Assembly: GCA_020137815.1 (NCBI GenBank)
Contig: CM035352.1
Span: 7,750,001-7,814,000, forward strand
Direction: 5' to 3'
DNA from: Hormiphora californensis
Taxonomy: Eukaryota > Animalia > Ctenophora
Length of the DNA stretch: 64,000 nt
The notes below the pieces were generated by a model. It was not told the DNA's origin. It was given only the letters and a program-made list of their open reading frames with translations, and ran no database searches. Shown piece after piece: positions 12,815 to 36,700 of the stretch; position 1 is the first letter of the stretch; the number at the start of each line of letters is the position of its first letter. A program made the translations under genes and the position numbers.

Positions 12815-13503
12815 ATGTGGGTGATGTGTCTTGTTTTCTTGTTTGGGATGGTCCGTGCTGATTTGAAGATTGTGGGGAATGGAGAGACTGAGATTAGGAA
12901 CCCTGATCCGTGTGCGAGGGTGTGTACTGGCAATTCAGGTTGGTTATTGTCGAACATTGGTTTTATCCATGAAACGTTCGTAACACAGAAAATTCGTATT
13001 CTTTGGTTTTGATGAACAGTCAGGTAGATCAAGTTAGCAAGCTGACCCTCTAATTAGGATGTTGTATACCTGGGATTATGTGTCACAGTTATAATTGCCT
13101 AATTAACATGACATACACTAAATCTCTCCCAATTTAGGGACTGGAAGGAGGGTTTGGCACACCTATAAGAACGATATTACCGCGGAGGTAACCATGGCAC
13201 CGTGCCGGTTTGTCACCATACCCTATGTCACAATCTCTGTGACCGGAACTGCCGGCCTTTACACCATTACAGGTGATTTACTTGAAGTTAGGGCTATCAG
13301 AAAAAAGTTTTTTGAAGGTAATCTTCAAGGAGGTGTTCATTATTAAATTTTCTTTGATCACTGAATGGTACATTTCAGGTGCCAGTACTGTATACAGCCT
13401 AACTAAGGACAGATTCAGGGTCTACCTGAGAGGAAGGAGTGCCATGGACGCGGCCGAGTGGGATTATGATATTAACTGGATCGCTATCGGGTTTATTTGT
13501 TAA
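12815..13503 (+). CDS. Small secreted protein, 3 exons (12815-12938, 13138-13272, 13379-13503), possible H-type-lectin-like fold
   Basis: Signal peptide MWVMCLVFLFGMVRA; GT-AG introns keep frame; ends FRVYL...INWIAIGFIC. Confidence 0.7.
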
Positions 13504-13711
13504 TACAATGCTGATTAATTGTGGAATTTGTCTTGATTGAATACACTTATCAAAATTAAATAGTTTCATGACTCACAGTCCCCAAAGTTGGCCCTTGCAA
13601 ACCATTTCGATATGTTTCCAAACCGATCAAATGTCCAAAATGTTGCCTAAAAATGGTTTCAACGACGGACTTTCTCAGTTTCCTTTCAATATTTTTGCTT
13701 TAGAGTCAAAG

Positions 13712-13956
13712 GCAGCGGATTATGGATCCCAGCACCGATTAAACTCCCAGAAAACCCCAGGTTTTTACCCCTCGAAAATGGCTTTGTGCATTACCAATTC
13801 TTTCTTCACACATGAGGCATCGTGTGCGACGTTATCAGTACCCAATACCCATACCGCGTATTTTCTGAGAGAAGCACCCAAATCACAGAGCGATTTTTGA
13901 GGGGGGGACCTGGGCTTCGTTTCTGGGAGTTCAATCGGGGATCCATAATCCGCCTG
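13712..13956. mobile_element. MITE
   Basis: Inverted ends GCGGATTATGGATCCC / GGGATCCATAATCCGC, plus inner inverted CTCCCAGAAA / TTTCTGGGAG. Confidence 0.6.
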
Positions 13957-13976
13957 GCGCCGTGTAAAGCAAAAAG

Positions 13977-14620
13977 GTTTACAAGTTTACAAGTTTACAA
14001 TTAAAGTTTTATTTATAAAGAAACAGGCCTTCCCTGAATGGGTCCACCTAAATAAAATCAAGTTGAAAAACTATCCCTTCACACTCACACTCATCAGCAC
14101 AGCACAGCACATTGAGGCGAAAGGTCATTTGGAAATGGCGGGTACCCTCTGACTGGAGGACGATCGTGAAATCCTGTCAAGTAATTGCCCAATGATGATT
14201 TGAACTGATTCAAGCTCACACAAGAATTGACAGCAGCAGGTAGAGTGTTCCATAAATGAGCTGCTCTTGGACCAAATGAGCAGTGAAATTGATTAGCTCG
14301 TTTCGTTTCTGCTCTATAGGGGTAAGGTGGTGGGACTATCCGCATACCCAGTCTAGCGTGCTGTTGAAATACTAGGTTGGCAGAGTTAGGTACAAAACCA
14401 TGAATCGTCTTCCACACATGAATCAGAATGTAGCGCTGTCTCCGACGCTGAAGGGACATAAGATTGAGCAATTTCAGTCTATCCCAATAGTCATGACCCT
14501 GCATACCATCAAGACGTCTGGTGAAACAACGTTGGACATTCTCAATAGCCTTGATATCACCAGCCTTGGAAGGGTTCCAGACTAGGCAACAGTACTCAAG
14601 AATAGGCCTGACCAAGGCCT
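13977..14620 (-). mobile_element. 5'-truncated CR1/L2-group LINE (end of ORF2, 3' UTR, TTGTAAAC repeat tail)
   Basis: VRPILEYCCLVWNP...IENVQRCFTR...YWDRLKLLNLMSLQRRR; 8-bp tandem tail at 13977-14000; possible AAGGTTT TSD. Confidence 0.85.
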
Positions 14621-14993
14621 GACCAAGGTTTGATTGGAATCTGAGAAATCTGAAATTCTACGATTTAAACCCGTTTAGAGGCAAAATGTGCATCGCATTA
14701 TGCATGTAGGAACATATTCATCGGGCGGGCCTCACAGAGCCTCCCCTCCTATCACAAATTTTCTTGGCTGGCGGCTGCCCGCTCCAAAACCTTCTCTGCT
14801 TCTCCGGCAAAACCCCCCCGATTTTCAGCTGAAAATAAATTTTTATTTTTATTTTTTTCTAATTCACGAACCCCAACACCGCGCTGATTAGCAAATAGCA
14901 TCACTTTTCATTTTTCACAAATTTTTTCACATTTTAGAATTTTTCGGATTTAAAAAAAGTTTCGGATTTTGGCATACGTTGCAGGCCCCTTAG

Positions 14994-15330
14994 AGGGATC
15001 CCTAATAAAGTTGTGACTTGTCACCAAACATGTGGTTCCCGTGGCGGTGCGGCTTCAAAATGCGCGATTGTAACTTGTCACCGCATGGTTTACGCCGCGC
15101 CGCAGCTACGCGCAGTGGGAACCACGTGCGTTTTGGTACGCGCACACGCGGTGACAAGTCATCATCATCATCATCATTAACAACATTTATTATCCCGCTT
15201 TATAGCATATTTGTAAGATAACACTTAAAAAAAGAAAAACTTTACGGCTACCTCACTGCTTTCAAAAGCGGTTACAACCGCGCCTCCGCAAGACTACAGT
15301 GACAAGTCACAACTTTATTAGGGATCCCTA
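14994..15330. mobile_element. MITE
   Basis: About 30-bp TIR AGGGATCCCTAATAAAGTTGTGACTTGTCAC at both ends. Confidence 0.8.
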
Positions 15331-15332
15331 TA

Positions 15333-15483
15333 TACTCCATTTTTTTTCAACTGTTCACCCCCCAAAGTCGTGCGCGGAATTGTTTTGCGCGTTTATCACA
15401 TGTTAACGTGTAGCGCGCGCCACCAAAATTCTAATTTTTATTAAATTTCAGTTTTTGGGTGAACAGTTGAAAAAAAATGGACT
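15333..15483. mobile_element. MITE abutting the previous one
   Basis: TCCATTTTTTTTCAACTGTTCACCC at the left end, reverse complement at the right end. Confidence 0.7.
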
Positions 15484-16130
15484 TTAATATAATATAAGGG
15501 GGTGCGCGCATGAGGGGGCTGCAGCGCATTCCAATTTCGGATTTAAAAAAGTTTCGGATTTAAAAAAAGTTACACTTTAAAAAAAATTTCATGTAATGTA
15601 ATGCGCGCACGTTCTAAATGCAGTGTAAATATCAATTTTATCCGCGCGTTACGTAAATTTCCGTGTTGACAAGCCACAAGACACTGAAACAGCTAGCCGA
15701 TAAGAAAGCAAAGAAAACGGGATACACCTACGACCAATGTTGGCATGCGCTGCAGACCCCAAGTGCGCGCGTTTTCCACGGCTTCTAGGGCCTGTAGCAT
15801 AGGGCCTGTAGCATAGGCCAACGACCAATGCATCCGTTATCTTCGACTCAGACTATCTTTCGCCATGGTGCGATCAATAACTGTTTCCATCAGGGGGCAT
15901 CGGGGTAGATTGAGGGGCGAGGGCAACAGGGACGAGCAGCTATATCAAGTGGGGTAATAGACTCATTTTATGTTTAATTTATTACAGTTTTATCATTGTT
16001 AAGTGTCTACACTATTTATATTCAGGCCGATGTTGGCCGCCACCCCCCGTTGACAAGCCACGATTTTGCTTTGAAAAATTATTACTTTTTTCAAAAATCA
16101 ACAAGAATTATTTGCATTATGTACCCATAA

Positions 16131-16517
16131 TAAGGAACCATAATAAAGTTCAAGAGCGCACCCCATCCAAGAGCGCACCACCTCCAAAAGACACCACTCC
16201 AAGAGCGCACCACATCAAAGAGAGCTCCCCATCCAGAAGATACCGCGCGCAGGGGACACCACGCGCAGAAGAGACCGCACGCGCAAATACAACGCCGCGC
16301 TGGTCTCTTCTGCGCGTGGTGTCCCCTGCGCGTGGTATCTTCTGGATGGGGAGCTCTCTTTGATGTGGTGCGCTCTTGAAGTGGTGTCTTCTGGAGGTGG
16401 TGCGCTCTTGGATGTGGTCTCTTTTGGGTGTGGTGCGCTCTCAGGTGTGGTCTCTCTTCGATCGGGTACGCTCTTGGGTGCTCTTGGAGGCTCTTGAACT
16501 TTATTATGGTTCCTTAT
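16131..16517. mobile_element. Palindromic MITE with internal AAGAGCGCACC repeats
   Basis: TIR TAAGGAACCATAATAAAGTTCAAGAGC; nearly the whole element is an inverted repeat. Confidence 0.8.
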
Positions 16518-16879
16518 GCTGTATTTCCCTGCCCAACTTCAAGGATATAAACTTTGAATCAAAGTTTGACAGCCGGCATGAGATCTGGATTGTGCCACGC
16601 CTGCTTCTAAGTGGATGCTGATATGTGAGCCGGTAAAGCTGATTGGTTGACTAATTAGACTCCAGTTTCAAGGTTATGTGATATCATGTAGTATTCAAGT
16701 CGCAGTTCATGCCATTGCCACAACTCAAAAGTGAACATTGTACAGTACAATGACGTAGGGCGCGGCGCCAAAGTTATAGACTTTCTTTGAAGTGAAACAT
16801 AAACGTCCTGTGCGCGCGCTAGTTTCCAGGAGAAGCGCCTGGTGACATCATATTTCATCAAAACAATTAATTGATTTGA

Positions 16880-17045
16880 TGAAGGAGCGTTGTCAAGCGT
16901 TGTCCGTGACGGACGGACGGACACTTTTAGTTAACTACACAATCTGCTGATTTCTAAACCCTGAATGATCTTTTTAGCACGTGCGTGCTAAAAACATCAT
17001 CCCGGGTAAATGCCCTTCGGGCATTCACCCGGGCAGGGAAAAAAT
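16880..17045. mobile_element. End of a Helentron/DINE-like element
   Basis: (GACG)n microsatellite; palindrome TTTTTAGCACGTGCGTGCTAAAAA; GC-rich hairpin CCCGGGTAAATGCCC-TTC-GGGCATTCACCCGGG. Confidence 0.45.
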
Positions 17046-17455
17046 TAACTTTTGACCTTCAAAATTTCTTAAAGACCGTCGTTCTTTAGGGGACTGATAC
17101 AGGGAGTGGGAATGTAGCGTAAAATTTCACACAGAATCTCATGAGGGGTCTGCAGCATATAAGTTTTGACTTGGCATAGCCCAAGTTTTGACTTGGCCCC
17201 CTCTCACCGTGCCCTGGCCTGGCCGCTGCGACCGCTCAGAAATGTTACGAAACAACATTGATCTTGGTGACTTGTGCCATGGAACATTATTACTTTGATT
17301 GTAGGAATTCAGAACTCGCAACTTCAAAGCGCCAAAATATGTCAAACCGAACTATTGATGTGTGACAAGCAATCGGCTGCCTGTTGTATTTGACAAAGTG
17401 CAAATATTGTTTTTAACTAATTTCATTGAACAGATTACTGGTCGAATGTATCAAA

Positions 17456-18208
17456 ATGATTCGTAGTATCCTAACTCGATCTTTCTCAACATCGGGTGAG
17501 TTATGTTTTTCAATATACTCAGTAACAACTGTCTGTATAAAGCGGGATAATAAATGTTGATGATGATGTTCTGGTTCATGTAACAACTGTAACAACTGTA
17601 GTCCCAAACATTATGTTGTCACACCTTCTCTCTTTTCCAGGTTGCCGACATGCACCGGGAAGTAAACCAATGTTACCGGCAGTAGCTAGGAAGCTGCCTC
17701 GAGTTTGCAACCCAGACTTTACCAAGTAACTACAATAGGGGTGGGGGCGGGGGTGGGTGGGGGGTGGGGTTACCAAGTAATATGTTACCGGCAGTAGCTA
17801 GGAAGCTGCCTCGAGTTTGCAACCCAGATTTTACAAAGTAATATGGGTCGGATAACCTAAAAGAACTGCGTTTTGAGATAACTAAACAGCTAAATGACAC
17901 ACAGTTCCCTGAACCCCATGCATACCTCTCTCTCGTCCCTCAGGTGTCGGGGAGCACAGCCCTTGGATGGCCAGGAAGACCCCGAACTAGGACCTGATGA
18001 AGACTACCCCGAGTGGCTATGGGAGCTAGCTGACTGGTACAAGAAACCAATTGATGATAAGTTGAAGGAACCGAACTGGCTGTTGTTTGCTCGAATAGAG
18101 AAAGTGCGGAAAATGATGCACCACAGCGTTCTAAAGATGAGACATGAGAATCCAACGCTGTATGAAAAAATTAAGTTTCCCACGGACGAAGAAGTCATCG
18201 ATCAGTAA
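17456..18208 (+). CDS. MRPL54: Mitochondrial ribosomal protein mL54, 3 exons
   Basis: Presequence-like MIRSILTRSFSTSG; core G.....GQEDPELGPDEDYPEWLWEL matches the recalled mL54 motif. Confidence 0.75.
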
Positions 18209-18269
18209 GTTTAATGCAAATATTTTATTTTCTGGGTGAGATACAAACTTTCTCCACGAGTCCCTTTCC

Positions 18270-18590
18270 AAGTCCTAACTCCCTCTTCCCCTATATCAGC
18301 ATTGTCCTAACCCCCTTTCCCTCTTTAACATTAAGTCCTAACCCCCTATCCCCCTATATCAGCATTGTCCTAACTCCCTATCCCCTTTATCAGCATTGTC
18401 CAAACTCCCTCTTCCCCTATATCAGCATTTTCCAAACTCCCTCTATCCCTTATATCAGTATTGTCCTAACTCCCTATTCCCCTATATCAGCATTGTCCTA
18501 ACTCCCTCTTCCCCTATATCAGCATTGTCCAAACTCCCTATCCCCCTATATCAGCATTGTCCTAACTCCCTATCCCTTATATCAGTATCC
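18270..18590. repeat. About 30-bp minisatellite (CCCTATATCAGCATTGTCCTAACTCCCT)
   Basis: About 10 imperfect tandem copies. Confidence 0.9.
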
Positions 18591-19039
18591 GAGAATGGGA
18601 GGCTAAACGAAGTGGCATCCACGCAGAGAGAGATGAGAGGGTTGATCTGAGGGAACAGGCGAACAGAGAGATTAATAGCAGAAAGGGCGGCCTCGCAGCG
18701 CTCGCTGAAAGAGTGGAACCCCAGGATTGGACCTTTGAATGGGTGGAGGATAAAAACTGAGAGAGGGAGATAGAGAGAATAAGTTTTGTAACTAAGTTAT
18801 TTGAGTACTTTATAAAACGCTGTAAAAGGCTAGGTCATACTTCAATTTTATTCCCTAAAGCCTGGACGAACCCTTGATTAAGCTGGAGGTCGTTCTTCCA
18901 AAATAACCTAGTGCAATTGAGAATTATCATTTGCCCCTCTTCTCTCACTAGTCCTTAGAAATGAACCCAGAATGACCCCTCCCTATCTCTAGAAATGAAC
19001 CCAGAATGACCCCTCCCTATCTCTAGAAATGAACCCAGA

Positions 19040-30143
<11,104 letters not shown>

Positions 30144-30324
30144 TTTTATATTTCGTATCTTTTATTTTTAGTTTTTGGCTCGAATTTCCCACACCTCTCA
30201 AATGTATTCTGATGTATCTTCTTTCTAAAATCAAACCCCTTGTTAACGAAATTGCCTCTCACTGAAAAGTGATGAGGGGTTATTTCGTTACCAACTATAC
30301 TAACCACACTATAATACTAGCCTG

Positions 30325-31302
30325 ATGTCTAAACTGGTTCTCCTCCTCCTCTCTCTGGGTCTCATCCCACTAGCAATTCTCCTCCACCGACCCACCATCC
30401 TCCCTCCTGACACCCTCAAAACCCACCTATCCGGCAAGATCATTCTGGTAGCAGGCGCCTCCTCAGGTATAGGTGAACAAGTTGCATATCGTTACGCTAC
30501 AGCCGGATCACACCTCATCATCACTGCTAGGAGTCTGGACAAATTGTCATCCGTTGAGGCAGGTTGTAAGGAGAGGGGTGCTGCATCCGTCCATGTTATC
30601 CCCCAGGATTTCTCAGCTATTGAGGAGCTGGAGGGGTACAGGAACAAAGTTCTAGAACTCCATCCTGGTGGGGTTGATATCCTGGTATTGAACCATGGTG
30701 CCATGCCCATCAGTCCCTGGATGGCCACTCCAGGTCACCAGGATAGAGAGTTTGTGGATCGGATCTACAGGATCAACTTGTTGAGTTATGTCGAGCTAAC
30801 CCGGCTATTCATGCCCTCATTGGAGGCCAGACAGGGTCAGATCCATGTCACAGGGTCCATGATGGGGGAGTCACCATTCTTTACAGCAGGACTCTACGCC
30901 TCAACAAAACATGGCCTACACGGCTTCTTCAAATCACTCCAACAGGAGCTGCTCGTCAAACAATCCCCTGTCACAGTGTCAATCTTTGCTTTTGGTCTCA
31001 TTTGGACTGCAGAGATGGAACAAGTGATCCTGAGTGACCCTAACGGGGACCAGATACCCGCTATTGCTAGGGGTGATGTGGGTGAGACCGCTGACATTAT
31101 GATATCTGCTGCTATTACTAAACCCAGCCTTGTGGACTATCCTGTAGCTGTGAGTGTGCTGACCAGGTTCATGCAGATGTTACCAGGGTTCAACAGGTTC
31201 ATGACGATGGCAGTTCCCTGTCCTTACGAGCAGATTGGGGAGATTAGTGAGAGGATGAGGGAGGTAGGCAGCAAGATGGGCTACCAGCGAGGCAATATGT
31301 AG
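30325..31302 (+). CDS. Short-chain dehydrogenase/reductase (11-beta-HSD1-like), intronless, N-terminal membrane anchor
   Basis: GASSGIG Rossmann motif, LVLNHG, catalytic YASTK, ALxGFF-like GLHGFF. Confidence 0.9.
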   Translation: MSKLVLLLLSLGLIPLAILLHRPTILPPDTLKTHLSGKIILVAGASSGIGEQVAYRYATAGSHLIITARSLDKLSSVEAGCKERGAASVHVIPQDFSAIEELEGYRNKVLELHPGGVDILVLNHGAMPISPWMATPGHQDREFVDRIYRINLLSYVELTRLFMPSLEARQGQIHVTGSMMGESPFFTAGLYASTKHGLHGFFKSLQQELLVKQSPVTVSIFAFGLIWTAEMEQVILSDPNGDQIPAIARGDVGETADIMISAAITKPSLVDYPVAVSVLTRFMQMLPGFNRFMTMAVPCPYEQIGEISERMREVGSKMGYQRGNM

Positions 31303-31912
31303 ATGAAGGATGTTACCATGGTTACCAGCAAGGTAATATGTAGATGAAGGATGTTACCATGGTTACCAGCGAGGCAATATGTAGATGAAGGATGTTACCA
31401 TGGTTACCAGCGAGGCAATATGTAGATGGAGGATGTTACCATGGTTACCAGCGAGACAATATGTGAACTGTATTTCTGTAGCCTTGACAACTATTCTAAC
31501 CGGTAGTTAGTGGTACAGTGACAGTTCCCTGTACGTGGTACCTATCGTAAATGGTTTTCTTCTAATGGAAATAATTCATTAATGACATCTTTTAAATTTT
31601 ATGTTCTTCCGTTCCTGTTCTAGTACGTTCAAGTATTATTTAGTGTTCTAGTATTTGTGATTCCCTTTTCATTGTTCTGTTTTTAGTGTGATCCCGATTT
31701 GTAACAGAAGATAAAATGTGATGTTTTCCCGTATGATGTGCTTTATAAAGTTTTTAGTGGTAGTCAGCCGTAGTTTCTTTATCTATCCCTACCCATCCCT
31801 CAATTCCACATCCTAACTTAGGTCCCCATCTCCCCCTTCATTCCCGATTTCACTATTTTACTAATAGTTCCCCTTTTCTTTACTAACATGCCCCTATTCC
31901 CTCTCTATAGCC

Positions 31913-33250
31913 ATGGAAAAAGTAAAAGAAATCCCACCTGTTAGAAAACCAGTGAAAAAGAAAACACCAAAAGACACGAAGAAGAAAGAAGCTAAAAAGA
32001 AGAAACGAACCCCGGAAGAACAGGAGGAGTTGAAAGGTCGTATTTTGGAACGAGTTGCCAGAGAGGAGAAAGCCTACAGAATAGTAGAGAGGTTCCTAGA
32101 GAACCCAATATCATCCTCCCTTCTCAAGAAGGCTCTGGCATACATCAACCAAGATGTGTATAATGACATAGTGGAGGAGAGATCCATACTGAAACTCTGT
32201 GGATATCCAGTCTGTTTAGGAAAACTCCCCGCTCAAATCAGGAAACAAACCTGGGCAATTGACAGACGAACAAACAAGGTGTACAAACTGGAGGAGAGAG
32301 TTAAATACTGTTCAGACAAGTGCTATTCCATATCCCGGTCACTCAGAGACAGTCTCTCTCCTGAACCCGTCTGGATGATTCCCAAAGGAGCCCATAAAGA
32401 CATTGTAGTGGTTAGTGTGAGAGAGGAGGTGGATGTGGAGGAGGAGGCGTTGCCTAGCAACCAGAAAATACCTGATATACACCTGGGTGAGGTGGAGCAG
32501 AGAGATAACAAGTTTAGTGACACTGTGCCAGGGGAGGGGTATATAGGGGTGAAACCTGTATCAGGTAGGGCGCTTGAGGAGCAGTTTGAGGGGCTGGGAC
32601 TATCAGATAGTGAAGGAGAGGAGGGTGAGCCAGAGATATCAATATTTGACAGAGCAAGGAGAACTCTACAAAGGATTAAAACTGAAGAATCGGTAACGTT
32701 CCTCCTCTCCAACCCTACAGCCCTTGATTCTGATGATGATTCTGATGGCGGGGAGGAGGATGAAGGGTTGTTGGATGAAGACCTGAAGATAGAGGGATCT
32801 TGTCCCCCCTCCCGGGCACCCATACCAAACTTGGAGGATCTCTCTGGAACAGGGGTGGAAGTGAAGGAGAGCAACACTGGAACAGAAACGTGTATTGTGT
32901 TACCCAGTGTGGATAGTGTAAACCAGGGCCGTCTCAGGAGGACCCTGGTTCTCACTAAGATGCAGCGGGCTGTAGACGCGTTGCTAAGGAGCACAACCCA
33001 TGGTTACAGTGATATATCAGAGACTCTCATTGCGTATGTGACGTCACTCAACTGGGATGCGGAGTCGTGCATGTTGCCAGGGAAGGAGTGTTTGGTTGTC
33101 ACAGGGGTTGTCATGGTGACGTTGTATAGGAAGCTGGACTGTTTGCGGAGTGGTTACACGGTTGAGGAAGTTAGGGATATTATGTGGAGTGGTTGTGGTG
33201 GTGTTGTTACAAGGTCCCAGTTTGATATGTTATGTAGTGTGATGAGTTGA
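31913..33250 (+). CDS. RPAP2: RNA polymerase II CTD phosphatase RPAP2/Rtr1, intronless
   Basis: YNDIVEERSILKLCGYPVC...KYCSDKC zinc-finger motif; C-terminal LPSVDS..Q..LRR. Confidence 0.92.
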   Translation: MEKVKEIPPVRKPVKKKTPKDTKKKEAKKKKRTPEEQEELKGRILERVAREEKAYRIVERFLENPISSSLLKKALAYINQDVYNDIVEERSILKLCGYPVCLGKLPAQIRKQTWAIDRRTNKVYKLEERVKYCSDKCYSISRSLRDSLSPEPVWMIPKGAHKDIVVVSVREEVDVEEEALPSNQKIPDIHLGEVEQRDNKFSDTVPGEGYIGVKPVSGRALEEQFEGLGLSDSEGEEGEPEISIFDRARRTLQRIKTEESVTFLLSNPTALDSDDDSDGGEEDEGLLDEDLKIEGSCPPSRAPIPNLEDLSGTGVEVKESNTGTETCIVLPSVDSVNQGRLRRTLVLTKMQRAVDALLRSTTHGYSDISETLIAYVTSLNWDAESCMLPGKECLVVTGVVMVTLYRKLDCLRSGYTVEEVRDIMWSGCGGVVTRSQFDMLCSVMS

Positions 33251-33704
33251 TATGACGCTTATTTTATTGCTGTTCCTTTGAAAATTTATTCCTTTTTTTA
33301 GAACGATGCGTTGCTATTAATTATTTTTGGTGCTGTCTCTGTTCCTCTCCCTCCCCAGTCCCCCGTTCTTCCCTCCCCTCTCTGTCCCTGTCCCTCCCCT
33401 GACATAACCCCTTCCCCTCCCTCCCCCGTTTTTCCCTTGTTCGACCCTCCCCCAAAATACACCCCATTTCTAGCAGAAGGGCCCAGGTCCCCCTGACATG
33501 TTTCCTCCCCTCTCTGTTCCTCCCCCAAAACACACCCCATCTCTAGTAGGAGGGCCCACCTCCCCTCTCTGTTCCTCTCCTCATAACTATGTTTCTAGTA
33601 GGAGGGCCCACGTCTCCCTGACATGTTTCCTCCCCTCTATGTTCCTCTCCCCCATAATCCCATCTCTAGTAGGAGGGCCCAGGTCACTAGGCCATCTGAT
33701 AAGG

Positions 33705-36700
33705 ATGTTACGGTTGTTAGGAAGGAAGCGGCCCTGTTTTATCCGGCCATTTTCATCTGGTTTTGATGCAGATGCCATCTCTAAAACTCCTGTCGAGGAT
33801 ATCAGGAACATTGGTAATTATAATTAGTTTCTTTTAATTAGTTCTAATCGGTTCCCCCTAATTAGTTCCTTCTTATTAGTTAACCCCGTCATCTTATGTT
33901 AACCCCATCATCTCTTCAGGTGTCTCTGCCCACGTTGATTCCGGCAAGACGACGGTAACGGAGCGAATCCTCTATTACAGTGGTCGGATCAGCTCCATTC
34001 ACGATGTGAAAGGTATATTGAAATCCTTAAATTGTTCTAACCCTCCTTTACATTTTCTCGCGGAGAGGGTTGAACAAATCCCTGTTTAGAAGGTAGAACT
34101 CACTCTAACCTCATGCCCCCCCCCTCTAGGTAAGGATGGAGTGGGAGCCAAGATGGACAGTATGGAGCTAGAACGACAGAGGGGTATAACCATCAAGTCA
34201 GCAGCTACTACCATGTTTTGGGGAGGGAAGCAACTCAACCTGATTGACACACCCGGTCATATTGATTTCACCATGGAAGTTGAGAGGAGTTTGAGGGTGC
34301 TGGATGGGGCCATTCTGGTCCTCTGTGCATCAAGTGAGTAGGACCCTTTGAAACCTTTGTTACCATACCATGTTTTATCTCCTGCACTGTGTGTGCCTTG
34401 ATTGACCCTCTCTGGTTATAACACAGTGTATCTTTAGGTGGGGTACAGACCCAGACGTACACAGTGAACAGACAGATGGAGAGGTACAACGTTCCCTTTG
34501 TATCTTTCATCAACAAGATGGACAGGGCAGGGGCTGATGCGTACACTACTCTACAGCAGATGAGGAATAATATGGGCCTCAATGCGGCATTCCTCTACAC
34601 ACCCATAGGTAGGATCTATGTTGTTTCAAAATTCCGTCTCTGGTCAGTTAGCTATCACCATGGATAAGCGAAGTTAAAATTGGTTCAAATTATGAATCTA
34701 CTGGTACAAAACACAACTTCATCAAACCCCATTAAAACCTATGTTTACTCTTTTTCTAGCTCGTAATACAGTTCTGAGTTCGTGTACATTTCTTCGTCGT
34801 AAACTTTCTTCTATAATGATAGTCTTTAATTAATTTACATATCGTCACAGGCAGTTGTGTAATCTCGTCCATGTGCCATGTCATCCAGGGGGTTCCCATC
34901 AGGCTTGATACACCAGCAGATGGAACCAATGCACTGTCTTCGCTCAAAGTTACCATCACTGTCACATCCCACATAGATACCACCTGGAATAAAAGTGGAT
35001 GGGTTACATAATGCAAAATAATAGTTAGTAGGAACGGTGAGGGGTTACACAATGATACAGGAAGGAATGAATTATGAAAGTAGATATGCTGGGGATAGAA
35101 CCGTTATATATCTGGAACTTTGTTCCAATACAAACTTACCAAATCCTTGTCGTCCTTCATCAAGCATCCTCTCAACATCAGAGCACGCCAGGGGGCTTCC
35201 CTCACACAGGCGGCACGATCTCACACAATTATTCTTCACATAATCATTTGTCTGGCACACTCCCTCAATAGTTTCAGTCCAATGTCGACAATTCTCATCC
35301 TGATCCTGACAGTCCACACCCCCACCATCCTCCAAAGTAACTCCAAACATTTCCTGGAGACCCTGGTTCAGGAGGGCTATAAATGATGGGTGCACTGCAC
35401 AATCTTCCTCAGCAACACAGCTACCATCCATCTCATGTCATTGGTTTATCCCGTGGACACTCACATGCCATGTTACAACCCTGGAGAAATTGTCTTTATG
35501 AAGGAGTAATTAAATAGGTTTGGAATCTGTATTTATAAAGGAGCGAATATTTCAATTTTATAAAGGAGAAACAGCAACCTTTCTCATGTTAGGATCGCGT
35601 TTGAGTCCACAGTACGATGGATGGTCAGCACACTCATTGTATATCATGCCAGCAAAGGGACACGCTGGGTCCTGTGTCTCCTCCTTGTTGAACATGTCAG
35701 GAGTACATCTGATCTCACCCTCTCTGGCCTCATGATACATATCAGTCCTCTTAAATGCTTCCCAGGATTGCATCACGTTACAATTAGTGATCTGAAGGAG
35801 GGTGGTGGATGTGACAACTATAATTCAGGGGACTATTTCCATGGTAACGTGGTAACCCCCGTGGTGACTTACACTAGGGTCTGTTGTCATGGTGACTTAC
35901 ACTGGGTCTGTTGGTGACTTACACTGGGTCTGTTGTCATGGTGGATTACACGTAGTCTGAGCTCCATGACGTACACTGGAGTCTCGTTACATGCTCACTC
36001 AATGGTTTTGCTATGGTGGCGAGTTATACTGCAATTACTTGCATTGGAACTCCAGAACTCAACGTGATCCTCGTCATAACTTCCAATCTCAGTTGTTACC
36101 CTCATGATGTCTACATGTGTACATGTGTCGTCTGTCATTAAACTTGGCTGGTGGACTCCAAATCTAACGTGGACTTTCCGCAATTCAAGGTCGGTCTAGT
36201 TTACACTGACTCAAAACACTACCCGTCTGACTTCTAACACGTAGACATAGAACGCTGTCCCTTCCTTGGTCTTCGGACGTAGTCTAAGTGGGGTCGAGTG
36301 TAGGCATCTTACCTGATCCTAGAGTCACTTCACGCATCGTGGGAACGATATTATTGTGTGTCTGCACATCTGTCTAGTCACATTCTTCTTCACAGTGCTA
36401 TGCAGGTGTGGACAGGTGTATTGGGCTTTTCGTGTGGTGTTTCTGTCACAGTGGTGCGCACAGTGGATGTTCTTGTGGTGTTTCTGTCACAGTCGGTGTT
36501 TCTGTCACAGTGGGTGTTTCTGTCACAGTGGGTGTTTCTATCGCACTGGGTGTTTCTGTCACAGTGGATGTTTCTATCACAGTGGACGGTTTCTGTTACA
36601 GTGGGTGTTTCTGTCACAGTGGGTTTTTCTGTCACAGTGGGGTCTTTCTGTCACAGTGGGTGTTTCTGTCACAATGGGTGTTTCTGTCACGGTGGGTGTT

